Shown here: positions 24,010-38,800 of the stretch, one piece after another
Numbering within the stretch: the stretch's first letter is position 1
Layout: every line of letters begins with the position of its first letter
From: Thelocarpon superellum
Taxonomy: Eukaryota
DNA: 64,000 bases
Direction of reading: 5' to 3'
Assembly: GCA_026025795.1 (NCBI GenBank)
Contig: JAPEUG010000053.1
Coordinates: 1 to 64,000, forward strand
Translations under genes and position numbers: made by a program
Notes under the pieces: generated by a model
Databases searched by the model: none
Told to the model about the DNA's origin: nothing
What the model saw: the letters and a program-made list of their open reading frames with translations, nothing else

Positions 24010-25272
24010 ATGATGTCTAGATGCCACAACGACGAAGTCGCAGCATACATCGACCAAGATGCACTCCAAGAAGATCTTGGCAGCCCATTCAACTCTCTCG
24101 ACTCTGAAACCGTGGAAATTGAGCCTGTCAACGAGATCGCCGTGGAGGCGACCCCCAGCGAGCTTGATCCCGGCAAGGGCCCCGATGGAGGCGAACCCCA
24201 CGACGGCGAGCCCCTCAACGACGCGCCTGACGAAGACGGGCCAGATGACGAACATTCCAATGACAGCCAACTCGACGGTCCTACATCTAGCGTAGACGGG
24301 CTCGACGCGGAAGATAGCGTGAGCCGTGGTGGAGAAGATGACGACTCAGGCTCGTCGTCTGAGGAATGGCCTAGCGAACACCTTGTCTCGCAGGAGATGA
24401 TGGAGGCAGGGAACCTGAAGCACGCTCTGTGCCCGAAGTGCTCGCCAAGTCGGCCTCGGTCCCAGAAGGAGGCCATCTTCCCAGAGGAGCGACATGTTTC
24501 GGTCGTGGAATATCGGGCTCCGTTTCTCTTCCTGAGACTCCCCGGAGAGATACGGAATCGGATTTACACCTTCCTGCTATATTGCCAGCGTTTCACCATC
24601 GTCAACCACGGCAACATGCTGCTGGGATGGCACATGCGCAAACGAGTAGCCAGTCGGCCACATCGCACGAGGTTCCACACGGCACGAGAGCTCGATGAAA
24701 CATATGTGCTCGGCCAGGCTCGCGCGGACACGCAGCTCCAGAAGGCCCAAGTCAAGGTGCTCCGAGTCAACAAGCAGGTGTACGATGAGGCGCTGTACAT
24801 CTTCTACTCCATCAACCAATTCGACTTTTACGACATCGAAACGCTTGTGCCCTTCTGCTGCGATATCTCGAGCAAAGCGCGAAAGTGTCTGCGCAGCGTG
24901 ATGCTCTGCTACCAGAACCCGCTCTCGTGGGCTCATGTTGAGTACCACGACGAGTGGGACAAGACGGACCTGGACGAGTTTCACCTCGGCGCGTGGTGGG
25001 ACGCATGCTGCTATCTCTCCGAGGAGACGAAGATCACGGATCTCGTCGTGCAGCTGCTCTATATTCGGACGGATTACGACTCAATGCGCGAAGCGGACTG
25101 GGAGGAAGAATTGATCAGCGGCGACGGGCCCTACCGGACCTGGATGAGCGGTCTGGCCAACATCAAGACCGTGAAGCGCTTCGCGCTGACCGACTTCCTT
25201 AAAGACGAGCATCTGGACATTATGATCGGCCGTCACCTGAAGAAGCAGATGGAGTCCCCCGAAGCCACGTGA
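24010..25272 (+). CDS. Hypothetical protein with acidic N-terminus and F-box-like motif
   Basis: FLRLPGEIRNRIYTFLL and LRVNKQVYDEALYIFYSINQFDF are typical of fungal F-box-like proteins. 420-aa single ORF. Confidence 0.78.
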   Translation: MMSRCHNDEVAAYIDQDALQEDLGSPFNSLDSETVEIEPVNEIAVEATPSELDPGKGPDGGEPHDGEPLNDAPDEDGPDDEHSNDSQLDGPTSSVDGLDAEDSVSRGGEDDDSGSSSEEWPSEHLVSQEMMEAGNLKHALCPKCSPSRPRSQKEAIFPEERHVSVVEYRAPFLFLRLPGEIRNRIYTFLLYCQRFTIVNHGNMLLGWHMRKRVASRPHRTRFHTARELDETYVLGQARADTQLQKAQVKVLRVNKQVYDEALYIFYSINQFDFYDIETLVPFCCDISSKARKCLRSVMLCYQNPLSWAHVEYHDEWDKTDLDEFHLGAWWDACCYLSEETKITDLVVQLLYIRTDYDSMREADWEEELISGDGPYRTWMSGLANIKTVKRFALTDFLKDEHLDIMIGRHLKKQMESPEAT

Positions 25273-25857
25273 CGACCCTGAATCATCCGTCGGAATAGTC
25301 TCGACTAGGTAGGTTGCGGTCGGCCGTTTGACCGACGTGCACTCACCCCAGCTGACGCAGCAGTGTAGGCTCTCCTTTCCGGCACAACTCGAACTAAGTC
25401 GGCCCCGCCACCGCAACCCCGATCCTCCGAGCCATGCGAGGATCCCAGTCCGATCCGTTTGATCTCTGTACCAGACATGTATTTCCATCTGCGCTCTCGA
25501 TACCATGTCCTCACATTTATTGCAACCGATAGCTTTTCAGCATGTCAGCCCGCGACCCGCCCGTCGTCTTCTCATCCCCGCTTACTCTCCTTCTTTCCTG
25601 CTTTTTCGCGAGCATTGCCCGGCCGAGCTTGGCGTTTCACGAGCTTGACACTCAACACCATCTATGGTAGGGCCAGGGTCAGGGAAATGTAGCTTAGATA
25701 GCTTTGAATTATTTCGAATAGCTCTGAATGATGAAGAAGGTCCAAGAAGTGGTGCTACAGTAATACCGACATTGAAAGTCTCCGAGATCGGAAAAGGCAG
25801 CCATGCTGTCCGTTTTCCTCGTGTCCTTGCCGTCCGTCCTCCACCCCGTGCTCTATA

Positions 25858-26901
<1,044 letters not shown>

Positions 26902-28074
26902 CTAGCACGACGAAACGTTCATTAATTTCGTTAGCGTGATAGCAACATCTCGTGGAGTTCTTTTGCTATGCGCGCTGTGTTTCCTTATGCATCACTTATG
27001 CAAGCCAGGCGGCCAAGGGTCGAAACGCTCGGCGGTCGCTCGAGCTAGCCTGTTCGCGGTCACATGTCGAGCACCGCAATCTGACGGCGAAAACACACAT
27101 CAAGCCTCGACGACCGCAGCGGAGGACTCCAATTCCTCCAAAGGATGCCACTTCTTGTCTCCGTCCCCATAAATACCGGCCCCATTATGATAATTTTGGT
27201 AGGTGCAAGTGCTGGAAGCAATGTTATAGTGACTGCGCATGGTGGCTTGGACAGGATGCCCCGTCAGCTTCAGCAATGCGCGCTTCAACATTATGCGGAT
27301 GATACGAAACAAAATCAAGCTTCTATGGGTACACGAGTAATAGAATCAGCTATCTAATCTGCACCTATCTCCGGTGAGGCCGTCCATACCGCAGCAGGAT
27401 GGATGTTGCACGATCATGCGGTTATGGTCGGACGAACGACCGAAACTTGGTGCTAATGCCAACGCCAACGCCTCGTCATCTATCCACATTCCGTTTCGAG
27501 GACCGGACCCACTTGTCTTTGGCGTTGCATTATTGATCCTGCCGGCGATGCTTGTCCGCATTACTCCAACCAGGCGTAAGGCAGCCCAGTACCTGGGGCT
27601 AGGGATGTCAAGCCACTCACAGGCCACGCACAAGCCACGCAAAAGCCATGGCACCCGTCAAACTGAGCATTGAAGTCACTTCGCTTCCTCTGCTATAGCC
27701 AGAAGATGAGGATGCCGAGGAGCATAGCCCTGCCATGGGGGTCGTTCTGATCGTGCACGCTCTCGAGACCGCTGCTTGACGTCCACGATGCTATTCCCTC
27801 GAAGGTGCTCATGAGCGGTGGGATCTACTCAGCCTCGACTGCGTCTCCTTGGTCAAAGCTTTAGTATCTCACCTTCTTTACTCGACCGACCCACTGTTCG
27901 AACATAAAAGGAGGGCTGGGGGTCGCCACAGATCCCGATTGTTCCTCACCCTCAGATCATCGTCCCTCCTGAATCGCTCACGACAGCCCAACCCTTCCAA
28001 ACACTCGAAACGCCTTCACAGTCCTTTTCAATTCCTCCGCTCAACGCCACCAGTCACTCAACAGCACCATCACC

Positions 28075-28755
28075 ATGAAGTCTGCCATTGCCGTCTCGGT
28101 CCTCGCGGCCCTCGCCACCTCTGTCCTGGCCGACGACCAGCCCTTCACCATGGCCGTTGCAAACTCCAGCAACCCCAGCCTGGTCGGGAAAAGCATCGAG
28201 GCAAGCGGCGGGCATCTTGTTCTCGGAGGCGCTCCAAGCGTGGGATGCTACTCCGACGACAGAGCCGACGCCTGTGCTAAGGAGAACCGCACGGTCTTCG
28301 ACTTTGACACCTCCTCGGGTGTCATTGTTCTGGTAATCCTCCATACCTCCCCATGAACCCCCCATCCACGACGTCAGAGGGAGCATGCTGGCTAACCAGG
28401 GGTCCCTCTTCTTCGCACGCTCTAGGATCACTATGGCACAAGCGTCCAATATGTGCAGATCTTGTCGGATGCCACTCTCATCTACAGCCCAGCCCATACG
28501 AACACCTACGAGGGCAGCATCACGTCGTTTGAGTATACGCCGGCCTCCTCCGCCAGCTCGACGGGCACGCTGGGCCTCAAGGACGACAAAGTGCAGAACA
28601 CCATGAGTAACGGCTTCGATGCCTGCCAGGTCAACGACATCTTCATCCTCGTGGCAAACAATCCGACCAACAAGTTGGCCACCAGCGGCCCATGCTTTCA
28701 TGTCGCTATCTCTACAAGCGACAGCTCCCCTTCCAACGCTTTCCAATACAACTGA
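28075..28755 (+). CDS. Small secreted cell-wall protein (PhiA/IgE-binding-protein-like)
   Basis: Signal peptide, IEASGGHLVLGG..C..C..NRTVF and LIYSPAHT. Intron 28333-28425. The family assignment is by resemblance only. Confidence 0.7.
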
Positions 28756-28886
28756 GTGACAAGTTGTGTGGTATTTGGGAGAACGGTGACGGGTTGGGGG
28801 CCCAGTTGGACTCGCTAGACAGGCAATAAGTTAGACAGCGCTGGCTTTTCCAATTCATTCCATCCACGCGCCATCCCAATCAGACC

Positions 28887-30116
28887 TCAGATATTCCGCC
28901 CACCCGTGACGCTGATAGTCTCCCCGTTGACGTAGCTGAACAAGGGGCTCGCAACGGCAAGGATCGCGCTAGCGGCTTCCATAGCCGTACCCGCCCGTCG
29001 CAGTGGGATGTCATCGAATGCTCCACTGCCCGCCTTGGCGTTGGCCTCCCTTTGCGCCCGCGGCACGCCAAGCACGATCTTCTCCCCATCGGGGCCCACC
29101 GCGAAGGCTCCCTCTTCCTTGGCGGCCGTCAATCGGGTCATAATGTGGCCAAAGGCGATGCTAGGCGCAGATCTCATCAGCGCCGGGTAATCCTCAGCAC
29201 ATTGTTGATCCGAGAACTTACGTGTTTGATCGCACTCCGAACTGCGGCCCCCATTCCTGCTTAGGCATGTCAGTGGACGCTCCTTGGTCTCCTATCGCTC
29301 GCAAATAGGTATCCCTGACCTTGGCAATTGTCTTTGTGAGCCCTACCACTCCTGCCTTGGCCAGGGCGTAGTTGGCCTGACCGCTGTAGCTCGTCAGAAA
29401 GACTTTCTTGCAGCATCAAGGAGGAAGAGGTACGCATTTCCGTGCAGGCCCGAGGTGCTGCTGATGTTGATGATGCTCCTGGGCTCGTCGTCCTTGACGC
29501 GGAAGTACGGCGCCGCGGCTCGAACCAGCTTAAACGGCGCCGTACTATGAAGCGCGAGGAGTGTATCCCATTGTTTGTCCGTGATCTGTGACCAGCGCCA
29601 CAAATCAGTCTACGAGTGTACAATTGCAGTACCATCGGATGGAAATTCCCGAACGGCAGACGCACCTTATGTATGACGCCGTCCCAGGTATAGCCGGCAT
29701 TATTGACTATGATATGGATCTTGCCGTCGCCAAACTCCGCGCTCTTCTTCACCAACTCGTCAAGGTAGGCCGCATTCAGCATATCGCCGGGCACTGCAAT
29801 CGCGCTTCCACCTGCATCTTGTATATCCTGGGCCACGTGGCGTGCCTTGTCTTCCATCACGCCAGGAACGAGTCAGCCTTTGCGTCTTTCCTCACAGTGC
29901 AAAAGAGAGTCTGCTGGAGATGCAGCATTGCCGTGCCGCACACCTACCGCCATCGATATCCGACACGACGACCTTCGCGCCCTCCTTTGCAAACAGCCGG
30001 GCCGTCTCAGCGCCAATGCCCTGTCCGCTACCCGTGACGATGGCAACTTGCCCCGCCAACAGCCCTCGTGGATAGTTGAGGTGCCCCGCGATCTGGGCCA
30101 CTCTCTTGCTGGCTAT
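28887..30116 (-). CDS. Short-chain dehydrogenase/reductase (3-oxoacyl-reductase-like) with N-terminal PTS2; start codon unresolved
   Basis: [24 protein letters not shown] and NYALAKAG (YxxxK). Five introns. RVAQIAGHL fits the PTS2 consensus. Confidence 0.88.
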
Positions 30117-30500
30117 GGATGACGATGGTCGTGGCCACGGGCCTTGGGTTGTCGATGTGCCGCCCAAGGCAGTCGTCTATTGGTAGGATACCCCACGGCT
30201 GCGGGTATACGACATGTAGCATTCGTGCGCGGGGGCCATCCGTGTATAAATGGAGGGGTTTAGGTAGCTGGCGCTCTCCCCGGATCTCAAAAGAAACCGG
30301 AAATTGCCGAGGTCCTTCATCGTAGTTTCTCCCCTCCCCGCAACTGATATCATCTTCCGTTGGGGCCGACTTTACGTGACGTATCATAGTCGCGGATAGA
30401 CATTCAGTCAGTGATACGTGCGATGATAGTGTGATATTCGTACATGAACCAGCTCGAGATGAAACGTTCCACGAATGCGCTGCCGGTCGACTCCCCCATG

Positions 30501-31549
30501 CTAACATTTAGGCGCGGCCGGGCTATGATTATAATCAAAGGCTCGGAGCAAGCCGACAAGCTGGGATCCGGCGGCGAATACGACCAGGAAATGAAAGATC
30601 TGATGTGATGCGCCCCAGTAGTCAAATTTCCCGGGATAAAGTCGTTCGGGCACCCGCGCCTTTAAGGCGCCGTCTCAGCATCAGCGCCAGCCTCATTTAT
30701 GGTGGCTCCTAACTCGTCGTTGCGACTCACCGCATATATCCCAGCGCCCAGGATGTATAGGAAACCCTGGAGTGCGAGCCAGTAGAGCCCAATTTGTTGC
30801 TTCATGCGCTCCACGCCATAGAGGAAAACGCCATGGATGATGGGTAAGACGGCGGAAAGCCCCATAGCCACGAACATGCCGGCGCGGTATGGTCGCCACT
30901 CCGGCGTCCGAAATCGAGGAATGATGGAAATGCCAGCACATCCCAAACCGATGGTCGATATCTGAAATAGACGTGAGCCGTCGTTTCTGGCTCGGGGCGA
31001 TACAACACGCACCATGGTCCAATAAAGCGTTTGTAACTGGGGCTCACAATAAAACCCATAAAAGATGCTCCCAATGAAGCTCCCCACCGTGAGGAAGACG
31101 ATGCCAACATAGTCGAGCTTGTTTCCTAGGCTCGAGACGTCGGGGGAGTGGTTGGAGATGGTGTGGTACGTCGCCGACATGCCCAGACAAATGGCCGCGC
31201 CGAGGAAGAAACATCCGAAGGCCAACACATCGGCCTTGGATGCCGTGGGATAGCGAGAACCCAGGGTATCAAAGAGCACGACGCTGGTGATGGAGAAGAG
31301 AATGGCCCCGATGAGATGCGAGTAGATGTTGACCGTCTCGTTGTGCGTGTATCCCAGACTGGTAAAGGAGCCCCAGTATGAGCCGGACGCCGGGCGATAT
31401 CCTGATCGTATGTAGCGGTTATCCTGCTGCCAGCTGGGGAGATCATCCCACATCACGAGGAGGGCCTTTTCGATCGTGTGCTCGACCTCTCGGGCAGCAT
31501 CGGCGATGGACTCGGCCGCCGAACGCGGCTTTCGCTGACGTGCTGACAT
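30501..31549 (-). CDS. PAQR / HlyIII family membrane receptor (Izh-like)
   Basis: HNETVNIYSH, SATYHTISNHS, LDYVGI and RVPER..PGKFDYWGASHQIFH. Introns 31012-30962 and 30730-30660. Confidence 0.92.
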
Positions 31550-31915
31550 GGCTAATGGATCTGCACCAACGCGGACCTATCATAGGATGAAAAGCAGAGA
31601 AAAGCCGCGGGCCATCCCGTGAAATGGATTATGGCAGCGACCATGTCGCTGCACCAGACGGAAGAAAGGAACAAAGGTCGATGGGAGACGCGTGAGATCG
31701 TGGTGGACATGGCAAATCACCCTCGGCCTGTCGTTTCGCTAAGAAAGCCACCCGATCGATAACGCAGCGATGTTGGAGTAAACACCAAAGCCGACCAGCG
31801 GCCTGGCCAGTTGCCTGACCACGACCAAGCACCGCGGAACATATGACCCATGATCAGAAAGATACGGATGGAGTCCGCTTCCAGCGCGTGCCCATAGGTC
31901 CAACCCCACCGGGTC

Positions 31916-32876
31916 ATGTCGGGCACCGCGCGTGCCCCGTCTGGACCTTGGGGCCGACTGAAGTCCGTCCCGCTCGACCCGTTAGAAAGCATCGGGTTAC
32001 TCTCCAAGGGCGACAAGAGGCATGCTCCTCAGGCGCCGAGCTGATGCGCCAGAACTGACGCGCAGAAGCAGACTACTGGAGTGCAAGTTCCAAGAGCATT
32101 ACTACAACACCATCGTCGCACGATACTTGAGATTCTGTGCCTCGTCGGGCGGCGGGGACCATCTTGAGCAACAGTTCGCCTCCTTGTCCCTGGTCCAAGA
32201 GCATCAGAGCGCGCACAATCCATCGCGACCCTCAGACACCGTCGACGTGGGCGTGGGCGTGGGAGTGAGCGCGGCCGATGGCAAAGAGAGGGAGCTGGGC
32301 GTCATCATGGCGGCCATGAGGAAGCTCCGGGAAGGCATCGTCGCGTCAAAACGCGTCGACGAGTTCGCCGTGCAGGTCTACTTCTTCTGCATCCGCGCCG
32401 CCATTCTGGTCAAGCACGTTGAATCCTATCATCCGGCCCTCCTCTATCTACTACGGACCATTCATCTCCACCGGGCGCTCTCGCCCTCGGAGCTGCAGGA
32501 GTTCGGAGCCTACCTGGTCCTGGATTTGGCCTGTCGCCAGCGGGACTATGCTCAGGCGTACGAGGTCCGGCATGCCCATCGCATCCACGAGCGGAGGACT
32601 GATGCCATCGTGCGCGCCATGGTGCATGATGACTACCAGCTGTTCTGGCACATCAAGGGAAACGTGGACGGCTATCGAGCCAAGATCATGGAACAGGCTG
32701 AACGTGGTATGAGAATAGTTGCACTCAAGTGTTTGGGCCGCACCTATTTCACCGTCGACCAGGCCTTCCTGACACGCGTCACCGCGACAGAGTGGAAACA
32801 GCTGAAGACCGACTACGGGGTGGGCTGGGAGCTGGATGGTGAGAAGGTCATCATCAGAAAGCCCAAGGCACATTGA
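31916..32876 (+). CDS. PCI / SAC3-GANP-like (CSN8/PSMD8/eIF3K-type) domain protein
   Basis: MRKLREGIVASKRVDEFAVQVY..SYHPALLYLL..LKCLGRTYF. The upstream exon MSG..WGRLKSVPLDPLESIGLLSKGDKR is joined through an inferred GC-AG intron, 32020-32071. Confidence 0.75.
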
Positions 32877-35800
32877 GACAGATGCGTTGCACGCATAGCG
32901 AGTCGCCCCCGACCGGCAGGTGACAAGGGAGTGCGGTCACTTCACGGGACGGATGAAACGCTGGATGACGCTGCTTCCAAGGGTAGACGTAAGGTGGTGC
33001 GTCATCCGAGACGAGAAACGGCCTCGATGTTTCACCTGTCGCTCGCTGACGTCGTTGGCATCGCCCGGAGATCCCGTGTGCCGCCTTATCATGCGACGCC
33101 GAGCATTTGATTTGAGTAAGGCGTCTGGCCACGGTCTCTCGAGGACCGCATAAAAATGTCAAGTCTTACCGCAGAAGACCCCATAAAGATGCTCGAAGAT
33201 TTGCATGATATGCGGACCGTAGAATGGAGTTGGCGCCGCGGCACCTGTGACGATGATGGTCATGCATTGAGCCCAGTGGGGGCCAGCATAGCCCTCCCGC
33301 GACACCCTCTCCACCCACGCACGGCAACAGATCGTCCGAAACGGCAGGCGGTCCAGGTCTGAGGTCACTTTGTCGTCACTCGCCCTTATCCTGCTACCTA
33401 TCATCGTCGGCGCGCGTCAATCATTGCTCGTCGTGGCTGTCGAGCATGCCCGAGCGATGTGGGGCATAACGGTGTTGGAATGCGCCATGGGACCACGCTC
33501 AACATGCACAAGGTCGACGATACTGCCTACCTCCGCCTCATCCGGTCGCACCCCCGCCCGCTACTCCGTCAACGCATCCGCAGTCGTCATTGGAATCTCT
33601 CGGACGACCACGTGAGACTGCTGCCATCACATGTCGTGTCAGAAACGCTGAGCTCTCCACTGCCAAGCATTGTCTGCCTGGTCGGTCGATGATGCACAGA
33701 CACAGGGGCGAGTTCTCAACTCAGCCAGGGCGGATCCGTGCCATCGCCACGGACCACCCATATTGTCATGCATCGCCCTACTAGGCAACCACCAAGCCCT
33801 GCCGAGAAATGCCGTCTGGTGGAGGGAAGAAAAACCACGCAGAAACACGGCCAAACAGCATGGTGACGCGATGTGCGAGATCTGCTGGGGTACCACCCGT
33901 CGGGAGGCTGATGCGCGAAATCCGTGGGTCTTGCTCGCGTCGTCCAGGGAAAGCATCACGTAGCTTCCGATGCGCGTTCCGTCGCGCCAACCCACATGGG
34001 GCGGGACTAGACGGCGGGAGGATTCAAGGGCAAGTCACTCGGACCCCTCCATTCCCCACTGTCCTGTGAAGGATTCCTCAACAAAGGCCACCGCGCGTTT
34101 CGCTTACGAGAAAGGCAATGATGGCACTGCGGGACCTGATCGTCCCCCGCTGATCGGTCGATCATGTATTATCGCTTGATCGCCGTGGGCCGTGCACGCC
34201 TTGCGACGCCCCCGTTTGGTAGGGGCCTGCGGAAGGATCGGTGACGGAATTGCCATCAGAGAAGGGAAGGTGTTTGGAATGCGTCATGGAACTGTCCAGC
34301 AGAAGATGGAGGGACGCGTCAGGCAGACAAAGGGCTTAGGGCTGAAGCTGAGACGCGCCCTAACTTCTGCGGACGGAACCGAACACGAGGCACCAGCACT
34401 TAGGTTAGGGCACTACTCCGGGCCTTGCCAAAAAAGGTGACGTCACGTGGGAATCATCTCCACGATCATCCAGAGAACATTGACTCCGAGCGCCTGAAGG
34501 TTCGAAGAAAATCCTGCGCGACGACCTCGCTCGATAGAGGCTAGGTGCGAGCCAGGGCAGAAGCTTCAAGATGGCCAAATATTTTTGGGCATCTGGATCT
34601 CGGATCGGGAGCGTTGCCAGCTCGACGCAAAGGCAAGTTGCATTTCGGCAGTTGGAAAAGCTAGACGAGAAAATGCTTTTCTTGTCCAGACACCTTCTCA
34701 AAGAGCCTTCGTCTCCCGAAAATGAACCCTCAAACTCCCGGCCAGTATTTCGATGCGCAAGAATTCCATCGGAACAGACTTTCTGCACAAGATCCTGGGT
34801 CAGCCTTCCAACCGGGCGGCAGGCTGCCAACACTTTAGGGCTTGTTCGTACGCCTCCCTCGACAAAGGCGGTGTGATCCACAACTGATGCTCGCATTTGG
34901 ATAGGCAACACGCAGGCGTTCTCATCGCTCCTGACGCTCCGTGATGCCGACCGACCCCGACCGGATCGACGCTTCTGCGGCCGTGCATGGAGCCACTGGA
35001 TCTGGCCGACCGATGAGACCACGATCACAAGCCGGCGGTTCGAGCCGGTCGACGCCGGCGACGGATGAACGGACCAGGTGGCTGACCGTCGACGGCTGAG
35101 CTTCGCATCGCCATCCTGGCCCGGACCCGCTTTCCAAAGTGGCTGCAGTCGTCACCGTGACCCTGGTCGTCGCGGATTGGCGGTGGGGTCCGTGGTCGGC
35201 GGCGAGTGGCGAGTGACCTTGCTGACGCTAAGATGCGGGGCAGGGCTGAGTGGTCCAGAAGGTCCTGGTCGACTTCGCGACGTCCACCTCACCATGCGCT
35301 TGCAGCGAGCTTGCAATGAGGGGTCGGCAGTTGTGGAGGCGGCAGGAAAAGCCTCTTCGGCTGGGGCCAATCAGCCGATGCGGATTAGACGACGCACGGA
35401 GACAAAGACTTGGAATTTGGCGCGGTCGTACAACGCCAGGGTGGAGGCCAGCACAGCTGGGCAGTTAGATCCAGACGCCAACCTAAACACCACCACGCAC
35501 CAGAACGCTCCGGCCGAGCCCCTACCGCCGTCGTGCCTTCTCCGCGTAGTAATTGGATGGCATCAAATTTGATCGTGCTACCAAGTCATGGAGTTTCCCT
35601 CCATTTGGTGACATGTTACGCCAACGGACACCTCGTCCGACCAGCGCTGCCTAAGGTGCTACGCTAAGCTGTGATTGCGCTTCAATCTGTCCCGGGGAGG
35701 AGGGAAGATGAACTCTGAAAGGAAAGGACACTTAAGATCCGAGAGATTCAGGATAGGATTGACTGAATGAGGAAGGGAGAAGGGAGAAAGGACTTGGCGA

Positions 35801-38800
35801 AGGCATTAATGTTCATAACAGTCAAGAGATGGGATCCGGTCAGCGTTGCGTCGTACGCCGTCCGCCATCGTCGTGGTCTGTGGGGCATGATGGCAAGCAC
35901 ATCGCCGATCCTCCAGGTGGGGTGATACGCGAGGAGAAAGGCTCTTTGCCTGACGCTCGATGAGACAGGATCATGCTTGCCGCCTGCGTCTCCGAATATG
36001 GAGCATATCGACCGTGCATCAAGATATGGATCCTGTTGAAGCCGATAACAGAAGTGATGCAACCCATCCAGACCGGCCTCTCCTAGCCAGTACCACGTCG
36101 CCGGCCGCACAGGCCCGAGTCGTCGTGGAGGCGGTGGCCTGGCCACCAGCCCAAGAGAGGAGGTGGTGGCAGGGGAGGCGTGACGAGTCTACCATAGCCG
36201 CAGGGCGTTCTCGCCAGGAGCCTGGCGTCCGCTAGTCCTCTTCAGGCCAACGCCTCAACCCGCGGAGTCAGCAGCATCGACGCCCCGTTCGCATCGCCAC
36301 GACAATCTCTGTGGTGTCACAAGCGCGACGGCGTCCATCCATCACGATGTCTTGGTCCATCCAAATTTTCATGGTGGCAACGCAAGCGTCACAGATGACG
36401 ACTGCAGTCGCGGTCGATCACGAGCCACGCCCCAACGGCAGGATCGAGATCGGCGGACGCCGACGGGGGGTCGGAGCGTTCTTTCCTCCTTCCGCGCATA
36501 TACCGGGGATGTCGCAGGGAGTTTCAAAACATGCGCTGAATAAGGAGAAGGGGCCGCGCGCTGGACAATGCGAGCCCGCACACACGCAAGTCGTCGTAAC
36601 ACGACACCCGATGACCGGGGCCTGGTGGGGCCAAGCGGGCAAGGGTAGGGTCGTATCGAAAGACCAGCACTTTGACGGCCGTCGGGACGAAAGCGGCCGT
36701 CGCGCGGTCTGCTGCCAGCCGAGATGGGCAGCTGGTCCCGACTCGTGACGACTTGACGTTTCGGCGTGTGTGTCGCAATCAGCCGCTGGGGATACTTTGT
36801 ACGCCGTAGCCATCCTCGTAAGCACCTGCCACCCTTCACTTCTGGTTCGCTCCGGTCGCAGTACCACCCCTATGCTGTAGTGCTTGGCCGCCGACGGTCC
36901 GACCATCCAAGGTAGCACCTCGACACCCTGAGACGAAGCAAGGCGAGGGGGCGCGGTAGGTGTGGCCGGCAAGGACACGGAAGTGAAGGGGCTGCTGTCG
37001 GGACGATGGTGACCAGTCATGGCTGCTTCCGTCTCCGCCTTGCCGACCTTTTGTTCCGTTTCCTGCGCGGTCACCCGTGCAAGCGTCTGAATCATCGCCC
37101 GCCTCTTTGTGGAACCAATCACCACCCGGGGCCGTGGTGCAGCGTGGTGCGTTGCGGCGACCGTGTCTACCTGCGCCAATTTCCGGTATGATAGCGGTAT
37201 CATACGAGCTCGGGCTGGTCCCATCGGCAGATCGTGCGGGACCATCCCAGCATCCGCTAGGAGGATAATGCTGGTATTATCCAGGATGACACGGTGCTGG
37301 ATGAATAATGCCATGATGAAACTCAGAGTCCCTTTCCCTGCCATTGCCCGCGGCTTCCCACCCACCCACTCACCCATCGATCGACAAAACAACTTCCGGC
37401 CGACGCGGCGACTGGTCCTGGCCGCAGCGCCCAAAGTCACCCCCCACATAATTCCCCGACACCTACTCGTAAATGACCTATGATACGCGGCAGGACGGGA
37501 GATATGACGGAGAGTCCACGCGGCCTGGAATGTACGAGAGCGCCGGAAACGGGCGCGCAGCAGTCTCGGTCGGGCGGATCACTGATGGGATGATGGACGT
37601 TGCCTAGTTTGTCCGACGTCATCTGGGCCCGGGTGAGGCTGCGCCTGGCATTTTTGGAACAGGCCGCGAATGCGCCGATCGATGGGAGCGACGGACATGA
37701 TTCAGCGGCATCAGCGCGCCAGGCTGGTCGAGCCGAGGATGCCACCTCCCTATCGCACGACGAGTCCAACAAAGCGTAGCCCTTACCGTTTTTTAGGGTC
37801 CAGGTTGACATGGACCAGGACGAACTACCCTACATGGTACGAGCGTCAGCGGGAGGATGATGATGTGGAGAGGCCAAGGCCTCAATCGGGTGTTGGTTCG
37901 CGCCCGGAGAGTCCATCGCGCCGAGCCAAATCGGGCACCACGCACGGTTGAGGCACTTTCCCATTAGTCGCCGGTCAGCACTCCGGCGCGGACACGGACC
38001 AAGTCCCATTGGTGGGAAGCATGAATCATCTCTGACTGTCTTGTGATTTTGACGCCCGAATCTTCCGCGCCGATCCTATTTTTTTCGCAAGGCTAAAGAC
38101 GGTAGGCCGTTAGGCTGGCTCGGACCAGTCAGAGGCCGCGATGGATGGGGGCCAAGGGCCAAGGCGTGGACGAGATAGGGCGACCAAGCAGACGACGTGT
38201 AGGCCGTCATCGTGGCTCCCATGGCTGGAATCGTGGGCCACGCTACGTCGGGCACGCTAGCCAGTACGGCGCGGCGTGCGAGTACGAGGAGAACGGAGCG
38301 AGTTGTGCACACTCCTACCCGGAGATGGGTGTGATTAGTGCGTGGTCTGCTTGCGTGTGGGTGCGTGTGCTGTCGTGGCTGGAGTGGGCTTGGCCGACCC
38401 TGGCTTCTGTTTGGTCGACTGTCGGCCGTGTTGCCCGCCTGTTGCCGCTTGCGTCCAGCGAACGCTGAGGGGTCTTGCCGCGCAACTGCAGCTCGCCAGC
38501 CGGCGACCGCCCAGCTAGGGCCAGCCGTCCAACCAGTCCGCCTGCGGTCGGCGGGCGGTGGTCGGCGGTCGGCGGTCTGCAGTCAGCGACCCCATCACGA
38601 AACCATGAACCCGCCAGCAACACCCAGCAAGCCCTCCCTTCCAGCAGCCTGGAGATTATCACCGATGCACCTACCACACCCACACTCTGCGCGCCTCCAA
38701 CCGTTCACGCACTAGACGGGGATGCGGCCGTGAGCCAGTGCACTCACAACTGTGCACGCCGTACCAGGTCGTCGGAGAGAGCTTTCATTCATCGTAACCC

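Noticed and set aside
34495..35050. GGTTCGA motifs as tRNA T-loops
   Set aside because: No cloverleaf or A-box around them. I recognised no tRNA, rRNA or snRNA gene in the window.
36418..37449. 343-aa minus-strand ORF in the gene-poor region
   Set aside because: No recognisable motif, and long chance ORFs are common at this GC content. It cannot be fully excluded.
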